In this document: one piece after another, positions 39,101 through 50,920 of the stretch
Numbering within the stretch: the first letter of the stretch is position 1
Layout: each line of letters begins with the position of its first letter
Assembly: GCA_043228905.1 (NCBI GenBank)
Contig: JBHGNT010000013.1
Location: 18,166,001-18,230,000 of the forward strand
Source: Azolla caroliniana
Taxonomy: Eukaryota; Plantae; Polypodiophyta
DNA: 64,000 nt
Direction of reading: 5' to 3'
Program-made: the position numbers and the translations under genes
Notes under the pieces: generated by a model
Seen by the model: the letters and a program-made list of their open reading frames with translations, nothing else
Database searches by the model: none
Told to the model about the DNA's origin: nothing

Positions 39101-40243
39101 GATACAAGGTTGTTGGTAAATCGTTGTATGGACTGAAACAATCTCCGAGATAGTGGTACAAATGATTTGATAAGTTCATGAAGGGACAAAAGTACAGAAG
39201 AAGCAAATACGATCATTGTGTGTAATTGCGTAATCTTCAAGATGGTTCATGTACATCTACTTACTCCTATATGTTGATGATATGCTGATTGCAGCAAAGA
39301 GTGAAGGTGAGATTGACAAGTTGAAGGCTCAGATGAGTAAAGAGTTCGAGATGAAGGACTTGGGGGAAGCCAAGAAGATTCTTTGCATGGAGATAAGTAG
39401 AGACAGAGAGAGGAGCAAACTTTGGCTCTCTGAGAAGCATTATTTGAAGAGTATACTACACCGTTTTGGTATGTATGATGATACAAAACTTGTTAGTACT
39501 CCACTTGCTCCTCATTTGAAACTGAGTAGTCAATTATCTCCCATAACTGATGAAGAACGAGAATACATGGCGAAAGTTCCATATGCAAATGCAATTGGAA
39601 GCTTGATGTACGCAATGGTGTGTACAAGACTTGGTATTTCACATGTTGTTAATATTGTTAGCAGGTATATGTATGATCTGGGCAAGGGTCATTGGCAAAC
39701 TATGAAATCGATTTTGCGGTATCTTCAAAATACCGTGGAAGTTGGATTGACTTTTGATCAGGATAAATCACTTGGTAGATGCATAGTTGGATATTGTGAT
39801 TCTGATTATGCATGTGATTTGGATAAGCGATGATCTACAAGTGGCTATTTGTTCACTTTGACAAAGGCGCCAGTTAGTTGGAAGTCTACTTTGTAGTCAA
39901 CGGTGGCTCTATCTACAACAGAGGTAGAGTATATGGCAAATACAGAGGCTATGAAGGAGGAAATTTGGCTTCATGGGTTGCTTAAAGACTTGGGAGCTAG
40001 TCAGAAACAACTTGATGTGTATTCTGACAGTTAGAGGGTTATTCATTTAGCAAAGAACCAAGTCTTTCACTCACAAACAAAGCACATTGATGTTCGCTAT
40101 CATTTTATGCGGGAAATTCTCGAAGAGGAGATACTTCTCCAGAAGATTGATACTAAGGAGAATCCTAGAGATATGTTGACCAAAGTGATTACAAGGGCCA
40201 AGTTTGAACTTGTTTAGACTTCGTTAATATCCAACACATTTAA
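36153..40243 (+). pseudogene. Copia C gag-pol with many stops and frameshifts
   Basis: IFDGTVHFGMWQ, WILDSGCTYH, LWHMRLGH, RTDNGGEY, LLLYVDDML, GYCDSDY. Confidence 0.93.
38008..38181. repeat. 58-bp unit, three tandem copies, inside the copia C integrase
   Basis: tttggg.tgagg.tgtga.gtacgctcaacatctc.. starts at 38008, 38066 and 38124. Confidence 0.93.
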
Positions 40244-42572
40244 AGTTGGCGACTCATGGTGCAGATTTGAAAGCGGACTATTTTATTTTGGGTTTGCTTG
40301 AGTAGATTTGTATTTAGAAGGATTAGAGATTGTGCCAAGGTGGAGATTTGTTAACTTTATGGCCCATTCTTTATCCTACATGGTGTAGGGAGGTGGTTTG
40401 AGAGCTATAAATACAATCCTCTTCCTCTTAGTTTGGTATCCTCAATTTGTATTCTTCTCTCCCAAATCGTAATAGAGCATGCTGGTTTGGAGGACGTAGG
40501 CTGATTGGCCGAACCTCGGTAATTCAAGTGTTATTTGATCTTTTCTTCTTACTCTATATAATAGTTTTACTTCTGGTTATACATTGTTATTATTTCCACG
40601 CTTCCACAATTGTTTGCCTCTTCTTGATTCTTCTTCGTCTTCATGTCTTGTTTCTCTAGAAGCCATGGTTGTGGGTCGTTTCCTTCACCAGAGAAATTCG
40701 GTTTCTCTGAAAACATAAAAGAGAAAAAATAATAAAAAATACAAAGCTGAAAGCATTTTCCAAGAGAAAGAAATAAAACCTTGCTTTCTGTATTCTGGTA
40801 GAATTGGGAACACAAAAGAAGTATTAGAAGAAGGGATTAGAGGGGAGGGTTTTTCGAAATTCACAAAAATGCCCCTCTCATTTACGTTAATACCCAAAAT
40901 ACCACTCATTATACATACGTATATCCCACTTGTTCGTCAACTGGGTGCCATCCAAGAACCGTTTCGTCTATTTCCGATGGGTGACTATAAAATAGAGTTG
41001 TATCTTATTGACGGAGAAATGGTCAAGATAGTTCCAACATCAAGACTATGGGTAAAGCCACATAAGAGAATGTGCATCACTTATCGACCATGTCCTAGAT
41101 GGAACCATTGAACAACAATGTACAAACTTTAGTAGAAAATATGTAAATTTGTGCTCATATCTCTTTGCTTGCCTACCCTTTTGCTCTCCCTCGGAACAAA
41201 TCAATAAAAAGAAACGTGTTAAATCCACGCATTCATATGTTTTTTTGTGCCAAGGATACCCCATGACACCAAATGGTGAGTTTGTAAGTAGCCATAAGAT
41301 TAGAATGTTGCAAATGGATCCTTTGCAATGTGAGTTCGTTTATTTAATCAACACAACTTGTGCTAATGAGGTGAATGATACCTAGTTGGATGTGGTAACA
41401 TGTGTGGATCGTTCGGCAATAAATCTAACACATAGTGAATGAATAATCGTGATCTACCATGAACTTCAAAGATTTGGGTTGTTTGCATAAACATCCTTGG
41501 TGGTTTAAATAGGATTCTAGTAAGATCTTGGTTTACTATTTATTTCCCGTGTGCCATTGTAACCGCTCTTGCCAACAATATCTTTGATATGTGTGTTTGA
41601 TTGTATTCAAGCAAATGTTGTAGTTGAAAACTTATTACCTAAACCCTTTAGTTATTGGTCTTAGATTTTTCATTATGGAAGACATCATTTCTTTTGGCTT
41701 TAATGAGATCAAATAAATTCATGGGTAAATTTATGTGCCTTGGTTTCTTTGTTATGTAATAATATAGGGAATGATCCTTGTAGAAGTACTTACTTACCCA
41801 CCTATTCTTCACTCTTGGTGAATTTTGAATCCTTGATGAGTGAACATAAAAAGCTAAGCAAAAATACATATGCATTTTGAATGAAACTTTTCTCCTATCG
41901 ATGTTATCAATTCATGTCAAAATTTTGAATACCGTTATGAAGTTCCAAACCTTCCTCTTGCTTGAACAAAATGTTGTCCCATCTCTCAAGATGATTTCTT
42001 CATTCTGCAATAACGGGCCTTAGAATTATTTTTCTAGAAACTCGTCAAAATAATTCCAAATGTGACCCTATGCTCTTTTTTTAGCTTTCTCCTAGACAAA
42101 AGGTAAACATTAAAACCAACTTTCTCAAGACACTAAAGCTAAGTGCAAGTCGTGCTTATTTTGACCAAATCACAGTTGTATTTTGATAATAATTTCTTAT
42201 TCCAAACTAATGCAAATCTCCACAAACCAACTACAACAATGAATAGTAAAAACTTAACTTGAAAACTTTGGTGATGACATATGGCATTGTTTGTCTTGCC
42301 GATTTGATCGAGCAATATTTTCGTCACATCTTCCATTATGATTCTTGTTACATGCATAGCCATAATTGATCATGAAATAGGTTTTCTATAGTTTTCCCTA
42401 ATCGTATGATGAGTACGTGTGGGCTAATTCTAAACGGAATGAGGGTATGAATTGTAATATTCAATTCGAGGATGTGGGATAACTAATAAGTGTATTATCA
42501 TTTGACCACTTGACATAAAGTTGTTAAGTGTGAATACACTAGAGCCTAGGGTTTTTGTTTAGATAAGAAGTC

Positions 42573-43319
42573 TAGCTACCGTCTTATCAAGGAGGCTTGG
42601 TTTATGTTGAGACTATGATAGTGTGGCTATGGCTCATGTTAACTAACCATGTTGATCCTCACGGAACCTAAGGTATGACTCACATCAACTGTTGATTGTA
42701 TGGGACCTCCAAGAGGTTTCGGTCTATCTCACATTGTTGATAGGGGGTGGTCACGTGGTTTGGCAACCCCCATTTATTTCTTTGGTCAATAATTCCTTAT
42801 GTTTTGCTTAATTAATTAGTTAGACTATAACAATCTATGCCATCATTTTGAGGACTCTCACTCAAGTTTGTTCATGATCACCATCCATATCAAACTCCAA
42901 TAGATTTCCCAAAACATTCGTGTGGCTTGGTTTATGTTGAGACTATGATAGTGTGGCTATGGCTCATGCATAGCTACCTTCTTATCAAGGAAGCTTGGTT
43001 TATGTTGAGACTATGATAGTGACTATGGCTCATGTTAACTAATCATGTTGATCCTCAAGGAACCTAAGGTATGACTCGCATCAACTGTTGATTGTATGGG
43101 CCATCCAAGAGGTTCAGGTCTATCTCACATTGTTGATAGGGGATGGTCACGTGGTTTGGCAACCCTCTTTTATTTCTTTGGTCAATAATTCCTTATGTTT
43201 TGCTTAATTAATTAGTTAGACTATAACAATCCTTGCCATCATTTTGAAGACTCTCACTCAAGTTTGTTCATGATCACCATCCATATCAAACTCCAATAGA
43301 TTTCCCAAAACATTGGTGT
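42573..43319. repeat. About 350-bp tandem duplication with a templated filler
   Basis: Copies 42573-42923 and 42971-43319; 42924-42968 is a third copy of an internal 45-bp piece. Confidence 0.92.
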
Positions 43320-44467
43320 CGTAGGAAAGGCTTTCCTCCATAAGGCTCGCGAAAGGGAAAAGATGTCCATATGAGCATATGAAGAAATTGTATTATGTAG
43401 TAAAAAATAGCACTTAAAAAGATAACTTTTATCTTTGGCAACCTACTAAAAACATCCTCATTGTCAAGTCGATTGTGACATCTTGTTCTCGACCAATGGC
43501 ATGACCTTTAGAGAAACCTCCTTACGTTTATCCATTGAACCATCAAATAAAGTGTCATCATAATTGTATTACAGTCATCCATCAACGCAAAATAACTGCT
43601 ATTATAATCCACTACAATCACAATTTGGCGAGGTGATACACTTCCTTGCCATAACCATCTCATAACTTCGAGGTGTGCACTTTACCAAACTATGTATACC
43701 GAATTTTGACTAATCATCTTCAAACTAATCAAAAATATCCTTTCGCATGTACTCACTCCTCTTTCTCTTCTCTACTTTCCTTTGAATATAAAGCTCATGA
43801 ATAGGCTTTTCCTCACCAAATCTCTCTTCCCCATTTTGTGTTCAAATCCAAAAATCAAATCTCTACAATTCTCTGAAAACTTCTTTAATTTGCTTGCTAC
43901 ATTCACAATTTCTTGATTACTAAATTCTTGAAGCTTCATCTAACCACGTGACATCATAATGGCTCATATATATATATGGAATAATGTTGGCATAAATATC
44001 ATCAGGACAAGTTGTTGTGAAGATAGGATTAGACAGAAATGGGGATAAAAAAGACAAGGTGGGTTTGATCATTGATTATATCTAATGCATTTATTACCAA
44101 GACATTTATCATCGTGTGTGGGTTATGCTTAAACATTGTTATTATCATTGCATGTTTTATTCAACGTTCAGTATCCTCTTTTTATTAAAAAGGGTACAAT
44201 GATACGTGGCCCTTTATGCATTAACAAATCCCGATTTCTCACACATTGCAATCTTGTAATGAAAAAATAAAATCAATGAACTTAAATTTAAGTACGTGCT
44301 CATAGTTCAATTTAACCATCTAATCTAGCATTCTCTCGGATTTCTTTAAATCTCAAATGTTTTTTTCGCCTAGTTCAATCTTACTATGTCCCCCAATTTT
44401 CAACACTAGGATAGAAAAGGGGGCATCGGTGATTCCAAAAGCTAGTCTTAAGAATGTTTTTGTTAAA

Positions 44468-44538
44468 TAATTTTGCACAACATAACATAATCTTTGTCTT
44501 ATATTAAGACAAAGATTATGTTATGTTGTGCAAAATTA
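44468..44538. repeat. Perfect inverted repeat, 34-bp arms, 3-nt loop
   Basis: taattttgcacaacataacataatctttgtctta-tat-taagacaaagattatgttatgttgtgcaaaatta. Confidence 0.97.
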
Positions 44539-44824
44539 CGTTGTTAAGTTATATACGTGGCAAAGTGGTATCGTCAATCCATTCATGTTAACATGTTCTT
44601 TTCTTGTTTATAGTTTCTGTTGTACCATTTATTTATTTCTAACGAATTAGTTTTATTACAATAGGAACATGCAAAAGCACGTCTCTTTGTAGGCCTGGAT
44701 CTTCCGTAATGATTAATGTCAACGGCTGGAAAAGCAACCTCCTCAGAATGAAAGTATGTAAGGCGGCAATCATAGATCAGGTGTACTCTGAGGGGTACGC
44801 AGAAATCTTATAATACACATTATC

Positions 44825-46483
44825 ATGTTCAATTTGATCTATTCTCGCATCGATTCTACTTGCAAAGGGAAGAATTCATCGTCGGATCATCGTCCCCGCA
44901 AAGCTGGACAGGCATCTTCATCGAAGACGCAGGAGTATAGCCATTACTTATATGACACCCTCCGAATCCTGGTGGTCGGGCGATCGGGTGCAGGCAAGAC
45001 CACCCTCATCCGGCTCCTGGTCGGCAATGGCGGCCCCCGAAAGCTTGGCACGGATGCAGTCGCCGGCCGTCAGAACATCGAAAAAGAATGGCGAATCCTC
45101 GAGAAGGAGGGTCTTCCGCAGCTCGTCTTCCACGACAGCAATGGGATGGGTGTACGCGGCGGCGAGAGCCTGGCCGAAGTGAAGAATTTCATCGATTCAC
45201 GGAACAAGGATTCAAGCCATGTACCAGATAGAATCCACCTGATCTGGTACATCATCAGTGCAGCCGATAACCGGTTCGCAGACGATGGCGGCCTTATGCG
45301 TGTGGTGTTGGAGAGCAATATTCCCGTGCTACTCATCATGACCTACAATGATCTCGGGGAGGAAATCTGCAAGCAACATGTCACAGACCACAATTTAGAC
45401 TTGCTTCTCGAATCCAATGTGGACAAGAACAAGAGATCGGAGATCAAACGGCAGATGGTGCGGATCGGTAACAAAGTGAGGATCAATAACAAAACGGGAG
45501 AAATAACTGGGAAACCAGACATTGGAGGGCTGTGCAACGTGTCGAAGCAGACGGAGATGCTTCTGCACAAGGCCGCCAAGTTCACATGGATCGCAGCGCA
45601 AGAGGTAGACATATCCACCAAGATTCATGCGACCACGACGTTGATTATGCGAATGACCAAGGCAGCTCTTATTGGGAAGGTATTCACGTTGTCCATGGAT
45701 TCCATGGTCCTCGTCGCCGTGTTCCGCACCTTGGAGAAGAACATCTGCAAGCTATGGAGGGTTCCCAAGGAGCTCCGGAAGGCGTTGTCGACCATGTATT
45801 TTCGTAACGAAGGATATCGGCTGCTTCTTAACGAGGTGAGGCATGACATTGAGAAGCTAATCGGAGTGTTGAGTGCTCTCATAGTGTTGGTGGTGTGTGC
45901 TGCCACCAGCCTTCCGGTACCATTACAACCACTTCTTGCATCCGTCGCTGGCGCATTACGTCTCGGATCGAAACCTTCGAGAAACAGTCCCAATGAGCAG
46001 CTCCTTCACAAGACGACCATCCTCGTCATCACATACGCGCTACATCTCCTCTTGGCCATCCTCTTCATGAAGGCGCAGCAATGGATTAAGATGAAAGCAG
46101 GCCAAGGCCAAGGGCAGCACCAGATCCAGCTCCTGCATGAGCCATGGGATCCGGCACTCACAGAAAACCATTACAAGAGGCTGTGTGAAGAGTTCTTGAA
46201 GAATATGGAGACAGACTTCCCTGTTTTAGAACAAGGTAGTTGTAGTAGTGGTGATGGTGGGACGGCCATTAGCTCCACATGGGACGTCATGTTTAGATCG
46301 GATGCCGTGGCTCGCTTGGTCAACAACTTTGCCGTGAAGCAATATAGGATGTACTTGCGGAATGCCCATGGTAACACGAGACCCACAAACAACCAGGTAC
46401 CACTCCTCATTCTTCTTCTTCTTCTACCACTACTACTACTACTACTAACTTGTCGAGACCAGCGGGTTACATCGCTGATATGA
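44825..46483 (+). CDS. Uncharacterised TRAFAC-class P-loop GTPase (MMR_HSR1/septin-like G domain) with a hydrophobic helical C-terminal half, 552 aa
   Basis: G1 ILVVGRSGAGKTT, G3 VFHDSNG, RIHLIWYII strand, G4-like LIMTYND; hydrophobic segments LIGVLSALIVLVVCA and ILVITYALHLLLAILF; long ORF more GC-rich than its flanks. Confidence 0.88.
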   Translation: MFNLIYSRIDSTCKGKNSSSDHRPRKAGQASSSKTQEYSHYLYDTLRILVVGRSGAGKTTLIRLLVGNGGPRKLGTDAVAGRQNIEKEWRILEKEGLPQLVFHDSNGMGVRGGESLAEVKNFIDSRNKDSSHVPDRIHLIWYIISAADNRFADDGGLMRVVLESNIPVLLIMTYNDLGEEICKQHVTDHNLDLLLESNVDKNKRSEIKRQMVRIGNKVRINNKTGEITGKPDIGGLCNVSKQTEMLLHKAAKFTWIAAQEVDISTKIHATTTLIMRMTKAALIGKVFTLSMDSMVLVAVFRTLEKNICKLWRVPKELRKALSTMYFRNEGYRLLLNEVRHDIEKLIGVLSALIVLVVCAATSLPVPLQPLLASVAGALRLGSKPSRNSPNEQLLHKTTILVITYALHLLLAILFMKAQQWIKMKAGQGQGQHQIQLLHEPWDPALTENHYKRLCEEFLKNMETDFPVLEQGSCSSGDGGTAISSTWDVMFRSDAVARLVNNFAVKQYRMYLRNAHGNTRPTNNQVPLLILLLLLPLLLLLLTCRDQRVTSLI

Positions 46484-47513
46484 AAGTTTTCCAACTAAAT
46501 GCCCTCCTCATTTAGGTCAATCCTGAGCTCGACCCCGACCCTGGACATGCTAATGATACAAATAAAACACAAGAAGATCAAGAGAGTCTCACCTACCAAC
46601 TTGATGATTGTAAGGTTCTTAATAAGTATTTACTTGTCTTTATTTTATTTTATTTTTGTGAACATGCTAATGATATGCACTAAATATTATAGGAGGGAAC
46701 AAACTACCATCCCTTATTACGTGGCTTATAATTAGTTCAGCATCCAAAATATAAGAATGGGATTTATAAGAAAGGGTATATGGATTTTCACGAGAATCTC
46801 TAAAAGTATTAGTTTATTATATCTTACCCCATCAAGATCTTATACGTAAAATGTAACCGAAGAGTCTATTAGGGAGGGAGGTCAAATAGATTTACACTCT
46901 AGTTATAAAAGGCTTTTGACATGGATACAACACTAGTGAGCAAGACTCCAGAACACCAAGAACTCTATAAGCTTGCTTTTGAGTTGTGGTGTGAAAACTC
47001 TATAAGCTTTCCCCAACAAAGCATCTCCACAAATATACACTCTTTCCTAATGTTTGGGAGGTACCATTTGTGAGTATGAAGTGGTGTGAAACAAGGATCC
47101 TTTCAATTATCCATTCGTTTTCTTTCCCAAAAAAGGAAAATTGGCTTTGTTACTCGTACTACCAATTAAAAATATCCGACACTATTTAAGTTTGTGGTTT
47201 GCTAGTATCTATAACTTCAATTTAAATAGGTGTAATTGGCTTCTACGGAAGAGAGTCCATATTGTTGGGAAAATGGCCGTCAAAAGACTAATTGACAAGT
47301 ACACACAACGAAATTAAATCGTTCTTTTTCCCTTAATTTCCGTTGATTAGATATGGGAATGAAAATACAAAGAAAACCCTATTGTATTTAGGGCATACTA
47401 GTCTTACAAAAGATTGACAATGTAAAGATCCAAAATTTCTTTACCGTCACGGTGGAATCAGTGAACCATCAAGATTACGGCAAACTTGGTTTCAAGTGAA
47501 AACCTTTTCACCA

Positions 47514-48338
47514 TGTTATGTAAGATGTTCCTCCTTATGGGGGAGTCGGCTGAAAAGCCAAAGTGAGATTCGGTTGGCCGAAATCGGCCGAAAAGCCGAA
47601 CTGTGACACGGCTGGCCGAAATCGTGCCGAACAGCCAAACTGCGATACGGCACGGCCGAAAAGCCAAACCCTAACATGAAACGGTTGACCTGAGATCGGC
47701 GGAAAAGCCAAAACGTGTCGAACAACCGAAGATAGGTTCAAATGAATATATATTCATATACATAAGAAATATAGGCATAGTGGCATTAGCTGCCTATATA
47801 TGTGGGATAAATCACTAAGAGTAAAAATAGTGACAAAAGAGTGTGAAGGGATATATAGTGAACTCTAGTGAGAAAGGGAAACTGTATTATTGAGAGCGTG
47901 AGCACGCGAGAGAGAAAACATGTTGAAAGGAAAGAGCGATACAGTGAACAATAGCGAGCTAACATAGTGGTGGTTGTGAGTGAGTGACATAACTCTACAA
48001 CTAAGTGTGAGAGGAAGCAAAGAAACGAAAGTGTAATAGAGAAGAAAGAGAGACAGAACAGAGAAGCTTTGGAAGCTTCAAAAGTGATAGATACCTACGA
48101 GTAAGGGTTTGGTGCACTCGCCTGAAATTGTGGTTTCAGATAACAACCTGAGAGTACATCCATACCAGATCAGGTTCTATCATTCTATGCTTGTATTATT
48201 TCTTGTCTCATAGTGGAAATTTTTGTTCGCCGTGGTTTTTCCCTGAAATTAGGGTTCCACGTAAATCGTGTGCTCCTTATTTTTCGTTTTGTTTGTGTCT
48301 CAGTATATATGTGGTTTACGTCTAAGTAAAATCTATCA
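47514..48338 (+). mobile_element. Copia-type solo LTR, 825 bp
   Basis: tgtta...tatca ends; TSD cacca (47509-47513, 48339-48343); U5 block ccgtggtttttccc..agggttccacgtaaa shared with the A/B LTRs; cggccgaaa repeats in U3. Confidence 0.88.
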
Positions 48339-50169
48339 CACCATACATGTGGAAGCAAAGGATATTGGTATCAATGAATGTTTGGATCACATCTCCTTCG
48401 AATTACAACAAAATGAACCACCCTTGATATCTGTTTCTGGTTGTCTTGCTTCTACCTTGACCAAGCACTAAGATGAAGGTAGGAAGATTTGCCTCTATGT
48501 GTGAGCAATACATGAAATTGATGGAGAAGAGAAGTCTTCCATAGATAACAAACGTGGCTTGTGGTATTCGTTAAGATCAACGGTGTCTCAAGCTTCCTTC
48601 ACTTTTGTCCCGTTTGTCCTTTTCATCAATCTCTCTCTCCCTCTCTATTTTTCCTTAGTCTCTATGTTTTCTTTGACGTTGCTTTTCACTCTCTGTTTTT
48701 CTGTGATTTTTCAGCCAAAAAGATGGAAGGGTTTCTGTTTCTTTTATTTTCTTACCCTACGCCTTGGTAATGGCATAGTAACAATAAGTAAAAGGTAGTG
48801 CAACAATTACACAAATTACCGCTACCTTTTTACTTATATCCTTTTAGTTATGGTTATCAATAACCATATACAATAAACATTTGATCGAGTGGATACTTTG
48901 ATATTGAGATCCCAACATTACTGATAATGGTCAAGTTAGGACCATTACAAATCTCCCAATCCTCTATCATAGTTTCAATTTGTTTTTTGTTGAAGATAAC
49001 TTTTTTTAAAATGTTTGCACCATAGCTTCAAATTGGTTTGATATAAGTATGTCATGAATCGATGTAATTTTTTTGATCTGGATTTTGGCCTCCCAAAACA
49101 ACACACTTAATAGACTGGCACACTTTAATGTGCACACATTTAACGGAATGTTTGTTGCATTGGTATTTTCACTAACTAAATTTATTTATGTATATCTATA
49201 CCACAATTTATAAAATGCTCAAATTTGTTTTGTAGTGGAGGATTCCAGCATGGAAGATGATGAAATAAAGGGAATACAAAATAGCTTTAAAGTGGCCCTC
49301 AGTGACATTCAAGCGTCTAGTTACAATTATTCCTTTCACGAATATGAATTGAAATCATTAAAAAGCTGGTTAGAGTAGTGTAATTTATAAATGATGTTTA
49401 CAATAAGTAAAAATAATTGTATAGTTTCAACTTAACTATGATGTATGATAATGTTTTAAGGATATTTGATTATTTTTTAATGTAATAATGGCTACAAAAA
49501 GTTATGGGCATTGGCTAGTAATGTTATCTTATATCCTTTTTATAACATATTATGGATATTGAACTATTTTTTGATAATGCTAGAAATATTGCCATTTCTA
49601 TCAACTCTACTAATTGTTGATATTTCGTGGATTACTATACAAGACATTAATGTCGTGAGTTATATAATTCTATCATTTCCCATATCATGTTATTTTGGGT
49701 AATTCAAGCCTTTAATGTAAGAAATTGTGCCATTTAAGAACTAGTATGGTTGTTTGAGCATGTTTGCTAGAGAATGTTACTCACATTTTTTGGCAATGCT
49801 TGATTTTCTTTGATTTGTTAACATAATTCGAAAGTGTTGAAAACATCTCATTCTATAGTATTGACATTCATCAAACTTGAAATAAATGAGGGTGTATTTA
49901 TAATGCGGTGTGAATGGATCTTATATCATCCTTATAATTATAATATGTATATGTCTCATAAACCACATGAAAACAATGATTTATTGCGAATCTACGATGA
50001 AGCACTACAATATCAAAAATAGGAAACCTTGTAAATTGCTTGAAACACGTGCACATTAATATTGATGTGGACCATATATAATGGATTGCTAATAAAAGTA
50101 TGCCGCTTTTGTGGGCACAAATTATCCATCCATAATTAGAACATTAACAATATTCTCCACAACATATCA

Positions 50170-50920
50170 AGTAGTTTTAGAAATGGTTATCGGGCATAAA
50201 AATGAGTAAGAAAATTGTTTGTTTCCATTGGTTGTTGGTTCATAGAGCTATACCAATTAATGGTTAGCGAAAGGGGAATGTGGACAATATATGCCCTTTT
50301 TGTTCCTATCTAGTAGAGACTATAAAGCATTGTTTGCGGAGTTGTGACTTTGCAATGGAAATATGGAAGAGAACAAAACATTGTTAATATTAGTATATTC
50401 TCGACCATTGTATACATGGGGAGCAATATTATGGGGGGTGGTACAATATAAACCAATTGTACATGAACAAAAGGATGTTGCAAATGGTATTGCTATGAGA
50501 CATGGGTTGATGCAATAAAACATTTATACCTTTGAATCCACAAATAGAGACTCAACCTAAAATATAGAAATTGGTAAACAATATTACAATTTGGTATATA
50601 CTTAGAAGGCTTCGTGTTTGAAGATATTTCAAAATGTGACTAAAAGAACTACCAAATTAATTTTTGGGATTTGGATAGAGATTGTGCATAATCTCAAAGG
50701 TGCTTTGGAGCTAATACCCAACATGCGGAGCTCAAACGATTAGATTTTCATGCCATTTGGGAGAAAGGAATATTTTATAGATAGATTTCTAATGAAGTGG
50801 AATGGTTCTATTCTACAGCAAAGTATTTATTAAGCGGACAATTACAATTTAGAAAGGCTAATTACTAAAAGGTGCATCTTTTATGTATAGCCATAGGGTG
50901 TTTCGTAATAATAATGTAGT
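50170..50920 (+). mobile_element. Decayed L1-type LINE 3' fragment (zf-RVT region)
   Basis: KKIVCFHWLLVHRAIP followed by ICPFCSYLVETIKHCLRSCDFAMEIW (CCHC), about 50205-50370. Boundaries approximate. Confidence 0.75.

Larger units (their letters stand above)
35715..40611 (+). mobile_element. Decayed Ty1/copia element C (Tork/TNT1-like, short LTRs)
   Basis: LTRs 35715-36005 (with an internal duplication of about 28 bp) and 40349-40611; TSD gtttg (35710-35714, 40612-40616); iMet PBS 36008-36020; PPT gccaaggtggagatt. The terminal CA of the 3' LTR reads TT. Confidence 0.92.

Noticed and set aside
40617-40870. Possible start of a minus-strand gene (accATGG at 40666, MASRETRHEDEEESRRGK) cut by copia C
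   Set aside because: Only about 17 codons are visible and there is no continuation on the other side of the insertion.
41650-42400. Possible very old copia gag remnant on the minus strand
   Set aside because: No diagnostic motif, LTR or TSD could be fixed.
49236-49378. Short open stretch after an AG (VEDSSMEDDEIKGIQ...)
   Set aside because: Under 50 codons, with no recognisable family and no partner exons.
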